A stretch of DNA of 64,000 nt from a virus, in the IMG/VR virus record IMGVR_UViG_3300042691_019380, positions 28,856 to 92,855 of that record; one strand, given 5' to 3'. A model generated the notes under the pieces. It worked only from the letters and a program-made list of their open reading frames with translations. It searched no databases and had not been told where the DNA came from. Both the position numbers and the translations under genes were made by a program. Positions within the stretch are counted from its first letter, which is position 1; every line of letters starts with the position of its first letter. Shown here piece by piece: positions 18,150 through 25,941 of this stretch.

Positions 18150-19472
18150 TTAGGCCGAAAAACAGGGGTTTTGGGCCTCGGACTCGACGATGTACCGGAT
18201 CACGTTTTCGGAAAATCCGTCCACGTGGACCCATCCGTCCCGGTAGCCGACGCCGTTCTTGTACGGCGCGACGTTGACCATATATGCACGCTCGGCCTTC
18301 GGACGCACGACACGATCGTGCGACTGCTCGTCGGTGATCACGATCAGGCGATCGTGATCGAATCGCTCGACGTATCGAATCGCTTCGCCGAGACGAGTGC
18401 CGCCGTGGTGTTGCGATGTCTCGATCGCTTCAACGCCAGACAGTCCTCGACGAGGCGGCACTTCCACTACTTCGTCTGAGAACGTGAAGGCACGAAGGTC
18501 ATCGCAGTTCACGATCGCAGCGAGAGACGCAGCAGCGTCGATTCTTGTCAAGTCTGATCGACCAGAGAGTGGCGTGTGCATCGAGCCAGAGACGTCGACC
18601 AGCACGATTGTCTTGCCAGCGAGAGTCGGCAACTCGTGAATCGACGCGAGCATCGCGATGTTGAGCGTCGGCTCAAGAGACGGCGCGGCTTTGGCGGCAG
18701 CAACGTAACGAAACGGCAGCACGCGATCCGCGCCGAGCCTGCCCAGGATCGCGTTCTTGATCAGCGACGTCTCGACGCCAGCCTCGATCATGTTTCGCAG
18801 ATTGCGAAGCAAGGCGAGATAGCCGATCCGTTGCTCGCGAATCAGTCTCTCGAACGTGGCCTTCTTGTCGGCTCCCGCAGAGAGAGCGACCTCCCACGTA
18901 TCGGGAGACGCGAGCGTACCCTCGACGAGAGCCCGCCACGTTGCCGCTTGCTCGGGTGTGTCGGGCTTGGCGTGACACAGGAACAGGACGTCGCGAAGTT
19001 TCACGGCGTCAGGCTTGTTGTATTTGGCGAGTTGGTGCGCATTGAACTTCTTGAATGCCTGGGCCAAGCCCTTCTTCATCGGGTTCGAGAGCGGCTTCTT
19101 TCCGTCGGCCCAGTAGATCGCGACAAGTTCCGCGAGTTCGTCGGCACGCTGAATCGTGTCGGCGATCGCCTGCGAGACAAGTTTGCCCGTGCCGTGCTTG
19201 ATAAGAGCCTTGAGCAGAAGCAGCGGCACGTGACGAAGATGGAACTTCGATCGAGCCTCGACGGCGAGGGCAGCGATCTCGGACGGCTCGACCTTTTCGC
19301 ACAGGGCGAGGATTCGATCCGCGACGTCGACGCCGTCTTCGTAGTGCGTCGACTCCCAGAGCAAGCATGTCAGGACGCTGCGTCGCAGTTCCTGGCTGGG
19401 GGTGATGCGAACAGCAGGGCCACCCTCGTGGGTGACCACGGCGGGCGAGACTTGGGCAGTGTTGATTCGCAC
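18150..19472 (-). CDS. rsr: Ro60/Rsr TROVE-domain RNA-binding protein
   Basis: THEGG, LRRSVL.CLLWE..YE, QLAKY...V.LRDVL.L.H.KP, TWE..LS, ALLRNLRN, vWA DVSGSM, ITDEQ, GFSE. Confidence 0.92.
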   Translation of the reverse strand: MRINTAQVSPAVVTHEGGPAVRITPSQELRRSVLTCLLWESTHYEDGVDVADRILALCEKVEPSEIAALAVEARSKFHLRHVPLLLLKALIKHGTGKLVSQAIADTIQRADELAELVAIYWADGKKPLSNPMKKGLAQAFKKFNAHQLAKYNKPDAVKLRDVLFLCHAKPDTPEQAATWRALVEGTLASPDTWEVALSAGADKKATFERLIREQRIGYLALLRNLRNMIEAGVETSLIKNAILGRLGADRVLPFRYVAAAKAAPSLEPTLNIAMLASIHELPTLAGKTIVLVDVSGSMHTPLSGRSDLTRIDAAASLAAIVNCDDLRAFTFSDEVVEVPPRRGLSGVEAIETSQHHGGTRLGEAIRYVERFDHDRLIVITDEQSHDRVVRPKAERAYMVNVAPYKNGVGYRDGWVHVDGFSENVIRYIVESEAQNPCFSA

Positions 19473-19502
19473 GACCGTGGCTCCTGACTGAAGAAAAAAG
19501 GA

Positions 19503-19576
19503 TGCTGGCGAGAACAGCGAGACCGGGGAATCAAACGCCTTAGTGTGAAGTATCCGGCCTCTGCACTACGCCAGCA
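19503..19576 (-). ncRNA. Y RNA-like (Yrl) RNA 2
   Basis: Terminal stem UGCUGGCG/CGCCAGCA, bulged UAGUGCAG/CUGUUCU helix, UACUUC loop start; directly upstream of TROVE. Confidence 0.7.
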
Positions 19577-19587
19577 GTACGAAAAGA

Positions 19588-19656
19588 GTCGCGAGAACAA
19601 ACGGACACGGCACGGGTTCTTTTCAAGAGAAGTAGCCGTGGCCTTCGCTACGCGAC
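19588..19656 (-). ncRNA. Y RNA-like (Yrl) RNA 1
   Basis: Terminal stem GUCGCG/CGCGAC, UAGCGAAGG/UUUGUUCU bulged helix, UACUUC; same architecture as RNA 2. Confidence 0.7.
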
Positions 19657-19663
19657 GAGAGTC

Positions 19664-19691
19664 AGTGTACGGATACACCAACGGCGAGCAA
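19664..19691 (-). promoter_or_regulatory. Putative promoter for the Y RNA-rsr unit
   Basis: TTGCTC-N16-TACACT; similar TTGACC-N16-TACACT at 21347-21374. Confidence 0.5.
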
Positions 19692-19700
19692 GGAGTTTTT

Positions 19701-20087
19701 TCAGGCCACTCCAGCCGGAAGCGGCTGCCAGTGCGTTGGCTGCGGCTTGAACGTCGCAAGCGAGTCTGGCTTGACGAACGTGCCGTCTTCGTCGCACGCG
19801 CCGACCGAGACAGCGTCTCCACGGCAGACCAGCACGGTCTCGTCGACGTCTGGAAGCCGAGACTTGATCGACACCCACGGAGACTTGGGCTTGGGCTTGG
19901 GCTTGGGCTTGGGCTTACCCGTGCTGGCGAGTTTCACCCTGACGTCGAGAGTCGCGAGCCCGTCGATCTCCTGCGTCACCGACACGTCTGTCACGTACGC
20001 CCGGACGATGTCGGAGAACATTCCTCCGTAACCGTACTGGGACGAGACGTACTCGACGATCGCGTCGGCTAGGGCTTCGTGCGTCAT
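19701..20087 (-). CDS. DUF551-like domain protein with (PK)n linker
   Basis: WVSIK.RLP...PTHWQPLP. Confidence 0.7.
   Translation of the reverse strand: MTHEALADAIVEYVSSQYGYGGMFSDIVRAYVTDVSVTQEIDGLATLDVRVKLASTGKPKPKPKPKPKSPWVSIKSRLPDVDETVLVCRGDAVSVGACDEDGTFVKPDSLATFKPQPTHWQPLPAGVA
19884..19916. repeat. (CTTGGG)5 hexanucleotide tandem repeat
   Basis: Seen directly; encodes KPKPKPKPKPK. Confidence 0.95.
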
Positions 20088-20476
20088 GCGATCTCAGCCT
20101 CGAACCTCGCCGCTGCGTTCATCACATCAGTGACCCTCTGCGACCGCAGGCTCGACTCTCGCCACGCTCGCCGAGCCGCCAGCGAGAGGGCCGCGCCGAG
20201 GGCCACCGTCCGGCGGAGTCGAGTCATCTCTGACAGGACAACCGCCAGGAAGTGTGGGTCCGCCGAGACGCAGTCCTCACGGCCGCACGGGTCGCAGTCC
20301 GCGACCGCAGCAGCCAGGGACCGCATCACATCGTCAGACGAGTGCGAGCCGAGAGCCTCCTGCCCAGCCATGCACTCACGCAGTCGCTCGATCTCCTGGG
20401 CCGCGTCCTCGGCGATGCTGTTGCAGAACAGGCAGATCGCATCTTTACGAAGACGGTCAACGATATCGACGCTCAT
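20084..20476 (-). CDS. Hypothetical protein
   Basis: DIVDRLR...AA.EIERLR motif, common in phage proteins. Confidence 0.6.
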   Translation of the reverse strand: MSVDIVDRLRKDAICLFCNSIAEDAAQEIERLRECMAGQEALGSHSSDDVMRSLAAAVADCDPCGREDCVSADPHFLAVVLSEMTRLRRTVALGAALSLAARRAWRESSLRSQRVTDVMNAAARFEAEIA

Positions 20477-20667
20477 TCGTTGTCCTCCAGCCACTTCGCG
20501 GCCTTCACGAGCCACGCTGCGTAACGACGCAGTTCACCGGCCGAAGTCCTGCCGTCGTAGAGATCGAAAGACGTGTCAACAATCTTCTCGCCGTCGACGA
20601 TCGCGCATTCGGCACGGCTCGTCGCAGTTAAAGTCTTCCGTGGCTTCGCAGTCTTCATCTTCGCCAT
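20473..20667 (-). CDS. Hypothetical protein
   Basis: ORF coupled to the next gene. Confidence 0.5.
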   Translation of the reverse strand: MAKMKTAKPRKTLTATSRAECAIVDGEKIVDTSFDLYDGRTSAGELRRYAAWLVKAAKWLEDNE

Positions 20668-20860
20668 ACTCCGAAGGAAGGTAGAACGACCAGTGGACGT
20701 TGTCAGCGTATGCAGACAAGTCGCACTCTTGATTCAGGATCGAGAACGGGAGTCGACGCGAGCCTTCGTCGATACGCTCTGGCTCGTTATTGTCGTATTC
20801 ACGCTCCGTCTCCATGTAGACGAAGACTTCGCCATCAAGTTTCTCAACGATCAGCCTCAT
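20576..20860 (-). CDS. Hypothetical acidic protein
   Basis: GGAGG RBS, ATGA overlap. Confidence 0.45.
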   Translation of the reverse strand: MRLIVEKLDGEVFVYMETEREYDNNEPERIDEGSRRLPFSILNQECDLSAYADNVHWSFYLPSEYGEDEDCEATEDFNCDEPCRMRDRRRREDC

Positions 20861-21090
20861 CCTCGCACCTCCAGAGTGACCTTCGGCAGGACGATTCGCG
20901 ACAGAATCCAAACGCAAACGAGAATGCAGAGCGACTCCATCGAGCCGAGCCGCGTCAGGCCGAAGACAGGCGAGACGCCGTAGTTCCACGACACAGTAAA
21001 TAAGATCGACGCCGCCATGAGAACGATTGCCCAAAGCCAGATGGCGATGGCTGCGTGAGTGACAGTCTCAACGGCCGATTTGCTGTCCAC
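20857..21090 (-). CDS. Small two-TM membrane protein
   Basis: Two hydrophobic segments; WN...P.FGL. Confidence 0.6.
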   Translation of the reverse strand: MDSKSAVETVTHAAIAIWLWAIVLMAASILFTVSWNYGVSPVFGLTRLGSMESLCILVCVWILSRIVLPKVTLEVRG

Positions 21091-21340
21091 GGCGAACTTC
21101 CTCCTTGAGTCTCTCTACGTAAACCGCCGCGTCGAGCAACTCCTCTTGAAGATGCTGAAGCCAACCGGCGAGGTCGATGTCTGTACGGTCTGTCGTGGTG
21201 CCGTACTTTCTGTATCCAGACTCAGAGCGAGCCAGAAGAGCCGCGCGAACCCGCATCACGTTCGTGTCGGGAAGATCGCACTCGTCGCGAGGCTGCGGAG
21301 CAGGCTCGGGCGGCGAGAAGAGTTTTTTCAGCAGCGACAT
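21068..21340 (-). CDS. Conserved phage protein, all-alpha NTP pyrophosphatase-like
   Basis: RS..G..KYGTT.DR.D....WLQHLQEELLDA..Y. Confidence 0.7.
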   Translation of the reverse strand: MSLLKKLFSPPEPAPQPRDECDLPDTNVMRVRAALLARSESGYRKYGTTTDRTDIDLAGWLQHLQEELLDAAVYVERLKEEVRRGQQIGR

Positions 21341-21370
21341 GCCCGGAGTGTACGGACACGCAAACCGTGG

Positions 21371-21811
21371 TCAAGGAGTTTTTTTGCGAGACCGTCCGCT
21401 TGGTCGCTTTGCAGGAGACCGTCGCTCGCCGACTCGGCGAGGTCTGCCGCCAGTCGGCGGATTGGCGAGATACTCGCGGATGTTTTGTTCGCAAGACTTG
21501 CGATCGACAGCCCACGCCTTGTCGTTTAGCCGGAATCCCCTGAGCCGACCGTCGAGAAGCATGCGGCCGACCATGGCGTCGGTCACGCAGACGATGTCGC
21601 AGGCTTCGGGGACACTGATCCATCGCCTGCACAACTTCTTGAACTCTTCAAGATTGCAATCCTGTCCCTCGACGGACTCGCGGCAGACCAGCAGCCCCTT
21701 GCCGCTGAGAGGGACCGCCAGAATCTGTCCCTTGGAGATTCGTTTCAGCACGCCGACCTGGGACATATTGAGGATTTTGGCCGCTTCAGCCACGGAAATT
21801 GGCTGTTTCAT
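21371..21811 (-). CDS. Tandem HTH (excisionase-like) regulator
   Basis: Two ISV.EA..I...G.L repeats; divergent from the integrase. Confidence 0.8.
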   Translation of the reverse strand: MKQPISVAEAAKILNMSQVGVLKRISKGQILAVPLSGKGLLVCRESVEGQDCNLEEFKKLCRRWISVPEACDIVCVTDAMVGRMLLDGRLRGFRLNDKAWAVDRKSCEQNIREYLANPPTGGRPRRVGERRSPAKRPSGRSRKKTP

Positions 21812-21838
21812 GGTTGCCGTCTCCGTACATCAGGTCCA

Positions 21839-21864
21839 TAAAACTGACCCCCGAAGGGGTCAGT
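21839..21864 (-). terminator. Hairpin ACUGACCCC-UUCG-GGGGUCAGU followed by U-run
   Basis: 9-bp stem, UUCG loop, UUU tail on the minus strand. Confidence 0.6.
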
Positions 21865-21865
21865 C

Positions 21866-21895
21866 TTGACATTGCAATGGCGGGGGCGCCATTAT
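21866..21895 (+). promoter_or_regulatory. Putative rightward promoter for the integrase unit
   Basis: TTGACA-N18-CATTAT. Confidence 0.4.
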
Positions 21896-21952
21896 TCGAT
21901 CGAAGGCAGCGGCAACGGATTCGCTGCGATCGTCTCGCACGGAGGATTGGAA

Positions 21953-22102
21953 ATGATCGTCAAGATTTCGCACTACGACCAGCAGTACGCATTGCTCGAA
22001 GCACTCGAAGACTTCATCAAGAAGCACAAAAAGCGGTGGCGAGCGGTCAAGGCAGCGAAGAGCCTGCATGAACAAGTAGCACAGTCCGCAAAGGCCAAAT
22101 AA
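21953..22102 (+). CDS. Small hypothetical protein
   Basis: GGAGG RBS before MIVKISH. Confidence 0.5.
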   Translation: MIVKISHYDQQYALLEALEDFIKKHKKRWRAVKAAKSLHEQVAQSAKAK

Positions 22103-22201
22103 AGAATCGGCACCGTTGGTCCCCCTAACTCAAGCCCCTCCCCATGACGGGTAGGAATCCGCGAAAGGACTCGCTTCTCTTGGCACCAAGGAGACGCGAC
22201 C

Positions 22202-23068
22202 ATGACTCTCAACAAGTTTTTTGAAGACTTCTACCAGCCTCTCAAGTTGCGGGGCCGCAGCGAAAATACGACGCGGCTGTACGCCAACACTCTCAAGCAG
22301 TACGCCAAGTATCTCGGCAGACCGGCGACGATCGAGGAAGACCTGAACGACCTCGCCGTCTCGCGATACCTCTCGCATCGAGCGAGAGAACGGAGCGTCT
22401 ACACGGCCGAGAAAGAGCGGACGCAGTTGCTGGCTCTCTGGAGGTGCGCGGCTGACCGCAGGCTGACCGAGATGCGGCCCTGCGTTCCGCCGACTCCCAT
22501 CCCGTTTCGAGTGCCGACGGCATGGAGCGTCGACCAACTGAAGGCCCTGCTCGCGGCGGCCAAAGTCGTGAAAGGGAAAGTCGGAGACGTTCCGGCTCAC
22601 ATCTTCTGGACCGCACTTATTCAAGTCCTCTGGCAGAGCGCCGAACGCATCGGCGCGATCATGTCCGTGCTAAAAGAGGACTACACGAGGCCGATCATCC
22701 TCGTCCGCGCCGAGTACCGAAAGGGCGGGAAGCGAGACAAACTCTACACGTTCACAGACCCAGTCTGCGATCTGCTTGACGTGCTGAAGCAGTCCAGCAA
22801 CGGCCCGCAACTCTTCGCGTGGCCGAGAGGGTACGAGTACCTGTGGAACCGATTCGGCAAGATCGTGAAGGCGGCTGGTCTTGAAGGCGGACGCCGCAGC
22901 AAGTTTCACCAACTGAGAAGATCAGCCGCCACGCACTTCGCGGCGAGAGGCGGCGATCCGACGGCGTTGCTGGATCACAGTTCACCGCGAATCACGAAGG
23001 CTTACCTCGACCCGAGGTTCATCGACACTGGTCCCAAGCCTTGCGAAGTCTTGCCTGGGCTAGACTGA
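22202..23068 (+). CDS. int: Tyrosine recombinase/integrase
   Basis: R(IGA), K(GG), HQLRR, LLDHS, TKAY catalytic R-K-H-R-H-Y. Confidence 0.93.
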   Translation: MTLNKFFEDFYQPLKLRGRSENTTRLYANTLKQYAKYLGRPATIEEDLNDLAVSRYLSHRARERSVYTAEKERTQLLALWRCAADRRLTEMRPCVPPTPIPFRVPTAWSVDQLKALLAAAKVVKGKVGDVPAHIFWTALIQVLWQSAERIGAIMSVLKEDYTRPIILVRAEYRKGGKRDKLYTFTDPVCDLLDVLKQSSNGPQLFAWPRGYEYLWNRFGKIVKAAGLEGGRRSKFHQLRRSAATHFAARGGDPTALLDHSSPRITKAYLDPRFIDTGPKPCEVLPGLD

Positions 23069-23769
23069 GATGGCCTCCAGTTCCACACAGCAGCGGCTCC
23101 GCTTACCTCTGGAAGGTATTTCCCGTCGATCTTATCTGGCCTGACCCACTTCGCCAGGAAATCAACTGCCCCGTTTCGCTCAACTCGATAGACGACGCCT
23201 TCTGGTTCGTCGCATCTGCGATTGCGAACAGCGTGCAGTTGCATCGCACGGTCGACGGTCATCGGTGAGCCGACATGCAGCAGTGTCGGCTGGTCAAACT
23301 TGCCTTCAATGCGAACCGCAAACTGCTCGAACGGCAGGCGAGACTCTCCAATCATAATGTCAAACGCAGCGAATGGTTCGACTCCTTCGGCAAAGTCATA
23401 TCGCGTTCCATGAGCCTGGGCCATCCATTCGCCGACGATGCGCTCTCCGTCTCGAAGCACGGACAAAAATCGCTCTCGGTTTTCGTGGACCCACTGATCG
23501 AACAGCCTGTGCTGCTCGTATCGCGAAGAAGCGGCCGCCCATCCCGCGCGGCTAAGGGAGTGAAGGACTCCATCCAGCATCGCAACGGCTACGCACGAGC
23601 CGTCCAGTTTCTCCTGAACGATCACGGTGTCGTGCCTGTCTCGCGACCTCGTCGTGCAAATCCGAGCCTGCCCTGCCGTGATAGACCGATCCGACGGGCC
23701 AAGTCTGCTGTTCGGCAGGTGGCCAATCGACCCGTACGACTTCCGGCCGAGAGGCTTGAGGTGCGTCAT
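23002..23769 (-). CDS. ATP-dependent RNA ligase-family nucleotidyltransferase
   Basis: QEKLDGS, GEW, FDI, EGVV, AKWV motifs I-V. Confidence 0.85.
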   Translation of the reverse strand: MTHLKPLGRKSYGSIGHLPNSRLGPSDRSITAGQARICTTRSRDRHDTVIVQEKLDGSCVAVAMLDGVLHSLSRAGWAAASSRYEQHRLFDQWVHENRERFLSVLRDGERIVGEWMAQAHGTRYDFAEGVEPFAAFDIMIGESRLPFEQFAVRIEGKFDQPTLLHVGSPMTVDRAMQLHAVRNRRCDEPEGVVYRVERNGAVDFLAKWVRPDKIDGKYLPEVSGAAAVWNWRPSQSSPGKTSQGLGPVSMNLGSR

Positions 23770-23960
23770 CGCGGCGGAGGCTCCGGCATCGGCTGCCAGT
23801 GCGTGACTCGCGGCACCATTCCAGGCGAGTCAAAGCCAAGTCTCAATTGCTTGGCAACAGCCCTGGCGATGCCAACGTCGTAGCGGTCTCCAGCGCGGCA
23901 CGCCACGAGAACCCACTCGTGGTCTTCTGGCATCGAGTCTTCGACGGGAATCCAGTCCAT
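23766..23960 (-). CDS. DUF551-like protein
   Basis: WIPV...P...VTHWQPMPEPP. Confidence 0.75.
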   Translation of the reverse strand: MDWIPVEDSMPEDHEWVLVACRAGDRYDVGIARAVAKQLRLGFDSPGMVPRVTHWQPMPEPPPR

Positions 23961-24205
23961 CAGTATGTCCTCTCGGCCTGCTTGCCTTGGCACGGGCAGT
24001 CTGGGTGATGGACGAAGTGAGATCGCCAACTCAGCACCCACAGGTGCCCGTCGTGTCGGACGGTATGCAGCAGCGAAGTTTCAGGCGGCTTGGACGAGTG
24101 GCTCTTGCTAGAGATCGCCGGAACAAGCAGTGCCGCAAGTGTGGCGATGATAGCCACAACGACAAGCAGTTCAATCAGCGTGTAGCCACGATACGGTCGC
24201 ATCAC
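23960..24205 (-). CDS. Small protein with prepilin N-terminal cleavage/methylation motif
   Basis: RGYTLIELLVVVAIIATLAALLVPA; C-terminal HHPDCPC. Confidence 0.8.
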   Translation of the reverse strand: MMRPYRGYTLIELLVVVAIIATLAALLVPAISSKSHSSKPPETSLLHTVRHDGHLWVLSWRSHFVHHPDCPCQGKQAERTY

Positions 24206-24402
24206 TTCCTCTTCGTTGGAGGCTCCGGAAGCGGAAGCCAGTGAGTCGGAGAGATCAGTTCAATGACGTCGTCGTCTGACTCCCAGTACTGCTCGCCTTC
24301 GTGCAGCACGAGCCTTGCAACGGTGATGACGTTTCCGTTCCACACCAAGACATCTTGTTCGTAGTTCGGCAGTCTTTGTTGGCATGAAATCCACTCAGGC
24401 AT
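24202..24402 (-). CDS. DUF551-like protein
   Basis: WIS...RLP...PTHWLPLPEPP. Confidence 0.75.
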   Translation of the reverse strand: MPEWISCQQRLPNYEQDVLVWNGNVITVARLVLHEGEQYWESDDDVIELISPTHWLPLPEPPTKRK

Positions 24403-24410
24403 TGGCGACC

Positions 24411-24779
24411 CTACTGATTGGCTACAGGAGAAGCCAATGTCTTACCGCAAACCTCACCAAAAGGCGATAAATAAACCACCGCCAGCCCCAGGTGCGTGGC
24501 GAGAGTCCATTCCACCCTGGCCCCGCCAGACTGCTCCCATCCGGGGAGCATGGCGATCGCGTCGGCATCGCACAGGGCCGACAAGTCTCGCCGCAGGGCG
24601 TCTCGGAGGAAATCTTTCGAGACGGTTGTCGACGTTGGGTCGAATCCGACGTCTCTGTCGAGTTGCGCCGGGTTGATCACGTCGTAGCCGAGAGCCCGCA
24701 GTTTTGCCTCGGCCTCGTCGAAGGCAGGAAAGTTAAAGAGCGGCAGGCCAGTCATCGGCCCAGCGAGATATACCTTCAT
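24411..24779 (-). CDS. DUF4406 / nucleoside deoxyribosyltransferase-like protein
   Basis: KVYLAGPMTG...NFPAF...NPA...LPGWE.S.GA..E. Confidence 0.85.
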   Translation of the reverse strand: MKVYLAGPMTGLPLFNFPAFDEAEAKLRALGYDVINPAQLDRDVGFDPTSTTVSKDFLRDALRRDLSALCDADAIAMLPGWEQSGGARVEWTLATHLGLAVVYLSPFGEVCGKTLASPVANQ

Positions 24780-25387
24780 TCGTTGTCTCCGATCGTGTAG
24801 TGCTTCGGAGACTTGCCAGCATGCAGGGCGCGGAGTCGCTCCACATGTGGCGTGAGCCGCTTGACGATCTCGTCGTGGCCGCCGCTGACCTGACGGTCGT
24901 CCTTGAGTTTGCCAGCAGCCTCGGCATCGACGAGGATCGCAAGGCACGCCAAGGCGGACGCCAAGTGAGGCACGCCTTCCTCGTCGCAGTCGCGGCCCTC
25001 GAACCACGCCGCGATATGCCGCTGACAAGCGTCGGCGTAGATTGAGGCACGAACGCCAACGCGACGCCAGTTAGCGCGTCCGTACTTCAAGGCTCCGTTG
25101 AGCAGGGCAACGCACCCCATGGCCGTCGCAGTCGCGGGCCAGAGGTGCAGGGGCAGTTTGTTCGTTCCGACGAGGTCTTTCGGATTTTCGACGTCGAACG
25201 CACCCGGCAGCGGCGTCGCGCCGTCCATCGTGGCCGCACTCTTGACGTCGGCCTCCAGTTCGCCGTCATCGTCGCCAAGAGCCGCTCGCGATGCGTTGCG
25301 AGCCTCGACGATCTCGCGAATGATTCGATTCGAGTCCGCGATGTTCTCGATGTATCCGCCGTCCAGTGCCGTGACCGTCGCTGCCAT
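24776..25387 (-). CDS. dATP/dGTP diphosphohydrolase-like (DUF5664-like)
   Basis: NPKD..G..K.PL.L.P...GA.KYG..NWR...Y.DA..RH...W..G.D.D...PHL. Confidence 0.82.
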   Translation of the reverse strand: MAATVTALDGGYIENIADSNRIIREIVEARNASRAALGDDDGELEADVKSAATMDGATPLPGAFDVENPKDLVGTNKLPLHLWPATATAMGCVALLNGALKYGRANWRRVGVRASIYADACQRHIAAWFEGRDCDEEGVPHLASALACLAILVDAEAAGKLKDDRQVSGGHDEIVKRLTPHVERLRALHAGKSPKHYTIGDNE

Positions 25388-25426
25388 ACGTGACCTCCTG
25401 TCGTTGGGCACGTAAGCGTATCCAGA

Positions 25427-25711
25427 CTAACGCCGTCGGCAAGAGGTTTTTTCGAGCCTGTAGCCCAGCGAGTACAGGATCATGGCAAGGTCGCTCGCGG
25501 CCTGGGTGACGGCTGCCTCTGAGATCGCCGGGCCGAGACTTGCATGAAGCCCCTCGTGGAGTTCGCACTCAAGTCTCGCGCGATTCTTGAGCCCCGAATG
25601 AATCAAGACTTTACGCTTGTCGTACTCGGTCCAGCCGTCGGCGTCGCCCTTTAGCGGCGAGTACCGCCAAAGCCAGCGGACGCCGTCAATTTGGAAACGA
25701 TGGTCTTCCAT
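25427..25711 (-). CDS. Small zincin-like metallopeptidase
   Basis: HEGLHA...E. Confidence 0.65.
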   Translation of the reverse strand: MEDHRFQIDGVRWLWRYSPLKGDADGWTEYDKRKVLIHSGLKNRARLECELHEGLHASLGPAISEAAVTQAASDLAMILYSLGYRLEKTSCRRR

Positions 25712-25941
25712 AACCTTCTCCGGACAAACCGGCACCGAGATCGCCAAGTCATTCTCGCGGGGCCGCCGCAGTACATGATTATCTTGTATTGGACTCGGTA
25801 TCCCCAAGCGTCCAGGGACTCGCTTCTGGAGTCGCATCCGCAGTCTGGTGTGTTTAGAATCTTCGAGACCCTGCCGCTCGTGATTCCTAGACTTGACAGG
25901 AACTTGGAGACTAGACTGCCCACCGAGACTGGCCGAATCAT
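25651..25941 (-). CDS. Hypothetical protein
   Basis: G..V...L...GIT...CGC..R...LD..G. Confidence 0.55.
   Translation of the reverse strand: MIRPVSVGSLVSKFLSSLGITSGRVSKILNTPDCGCDSRSESLDAWGYRVQYKIIMYCGGPARMTWRSRCRFVRRRLWKTIVSKLTASAGFGGTRR

Noticed and set aside
19503-19656. tRNA genes
   Set aside because: No cloverleaf, no D arm or anticodon arm; they fold as long bulged hairpins
22100-22200. attP site or riboswitch upstream of the integrase
   Set aside because: No identifiable core repeat, tRNA 3' fragment or aptamer consensus
24411-25387. Evidence for a 2-aminoadenine (Z) or deazaguanine genome
   Set aside because: No purZ, datZ, dpdA or que genes in the window; the diphosphohydrolase alone is insufficient
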